Part shown: in pieces, positions 39,649 through 40,207 of the stretch
How the letters are laid out: the number at the start of each line of letters is the position of its first letter
Position numbering within the stretch: the stretch's first letter is position 1
Assembly (NCBI GenBank): GCA_964410185.1
Contig: CAYPFM010000002.1
Location: 200,047 to 240,253 of the forward strand
Direction: 5' to 3'
Source of the DNA: an uncultured Candidatus Saccharibacteria bacterium
Lineage (GTDB): Bacteria; Patescibacteriota; Saccharimonadia; Saccharimonadales; JAUPVS01
DNA: 40,207 nucleotides
Notes under the pieces: model-generated
Seen by the model: only the letters and a program-made list of their open reading frames with translations
Told to the model about the DNA's origin: nothing
Database searches by the model: none
Program-made: the position numbers and the translations under genes

Positions 39649-40077
39649 CTATTCTCGATTCGCCAGAACTCCCCACGTTCGGGCGAAGTGTTTGTAAAAG
39701 TCGTGCTCATTAGCACTCGGGAAGCGAGCAGATCCCTCTTCATTTTGATATACGGCAAACATATCGATTGGCACGTATCTATCTGGGTCTAGTGCTGCTC
39801 TAACTACAGCCCTGCCAGTGTGGTTCATCCAACTTTGGTCAAGAAAGTCAGCAGCGACTTCATTTTGCATGGCATGAAACTCAAGTCGATTCTTGTATGG
39901 ATGAAAGAACCCTCCAGCAGTAAACAAGATATATCCCACTTCTATGGGTGAGGTGAAGTGACTAACATGCTCAGTCTCGCGTGGTACTCTCAAATCCTCT
40001 CTATCAAAAGGCTTGAGCAACTCCTCGGGAACAAGGTCAGGAATTTCACTAATGGAACCAAACTTCTCTATTGCCAT
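39649..40077 (-). CDS. hypothetical 142-aa protein
   Basis: Clean ORF in a region that looks slightly more AT-rich. No signal peptide or recognisable motif. Confidence 0.5.
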   Translation of the reverse strand: MAIEKFGSISEIPDLVPEELLKPFDREDLRVPRETEHVSHFTSPIEVGYILFTAGGFFHPYKNRLEFHAMQNEVAADFLDQSWMNHTGRAVVRAALDPDRYVPIDMFAVYQNEEGSARFPSANEHDFYKHFARTWGVLANRE

Positions 40078-40120
40078 TCAAACATGAAACTATATGCATA
40101 ATTCGTTTGCAAGCACGAGC

Positions 40121-40147
40121 AAAAAAAGCACTCTATACAAAGTGCTT
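40121..40147 (-). terminator. candidate intrinsic terminator (minus strand)
   Basis: Stem AAGCACT (40126-40132) pairs with AGTGCTT (40141-40147) around an 8-nt loop, followed on the minus strand by a T-run (plus A7 at 40121-40127). It lies 25 nt downstream of an in-frame TAA (40172-40174) that closes a minus-strand reading frame entering from the window edge. Confidence 0.45.
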
Positions 40148-40207
40148 ATGCTTGGCTGGGGCTCGAGTTCCTTAATAGAACTTTTTCCATCCAGGAAGAT
40201 GATCCAA

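Overview
The window is a densely packed chromosomal segment using the standard genetic code. It is roughly 50% GC by eye, and coding occupies nearly all of it. No rRNA, tRNA, CRISPR array, transposase or integrase was seen. Contents in order:

(1) The F1 half of an F-type ATP synthase operon (atpA partial, atpG, atpD, atpC). It is interrupted by two unknown, translationally coupled ORFs, one between alpha and gamma and one between gamma and beta.

(2) A MIP/aquaporin channel, a 1092-aa UvrD-type helicase fused to a PD-(D/E)XK nuclease, and an OmpR-type two-component pair flanked by membrane proteins.

(3) A 16-kb supercluster encoding every step from PRPP to IMP: purH-purL-purM-purD-purN-purF and purE-purK on the minus strand, purC-purB on the plus strand. 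A HAD phosphatase-like gene and a NadR/AAA_28 kinase-like gene are embedded in it.

(4) rarA, an ABC-F ATPase, and a GtrB/CsbB-like polyprenyl-phosphate glycosyltransferase. Next comes a 904-aa fusion of a Lys-rich tail, a ~13-14-TM GT-C-like domain and a PIG-L/LmbE de-N-acetylase domain.

(5) A more accessory-looking 3' end: a SHOCT/DUF6325-like pair, an AlkD-like DNA alkylation repair protein, a small ORF with a caspase-like His/Cys arrangement, an anchored G1 (eqolisin) glutamic peptidase, and orphan ORFs.

Genome architecture is notable in two ways. All seven convergent gene junctions have 7 nt or less of spacer. Many genes have a -10-like hexamer 7-9 nt upstream of their start codon, which implies leaderless mRNAs. 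The compactness is compatible with a reduced-genome lineage such as Patescibacteria/Saccharibacteria, but taxonomy cannot be established without a database search.
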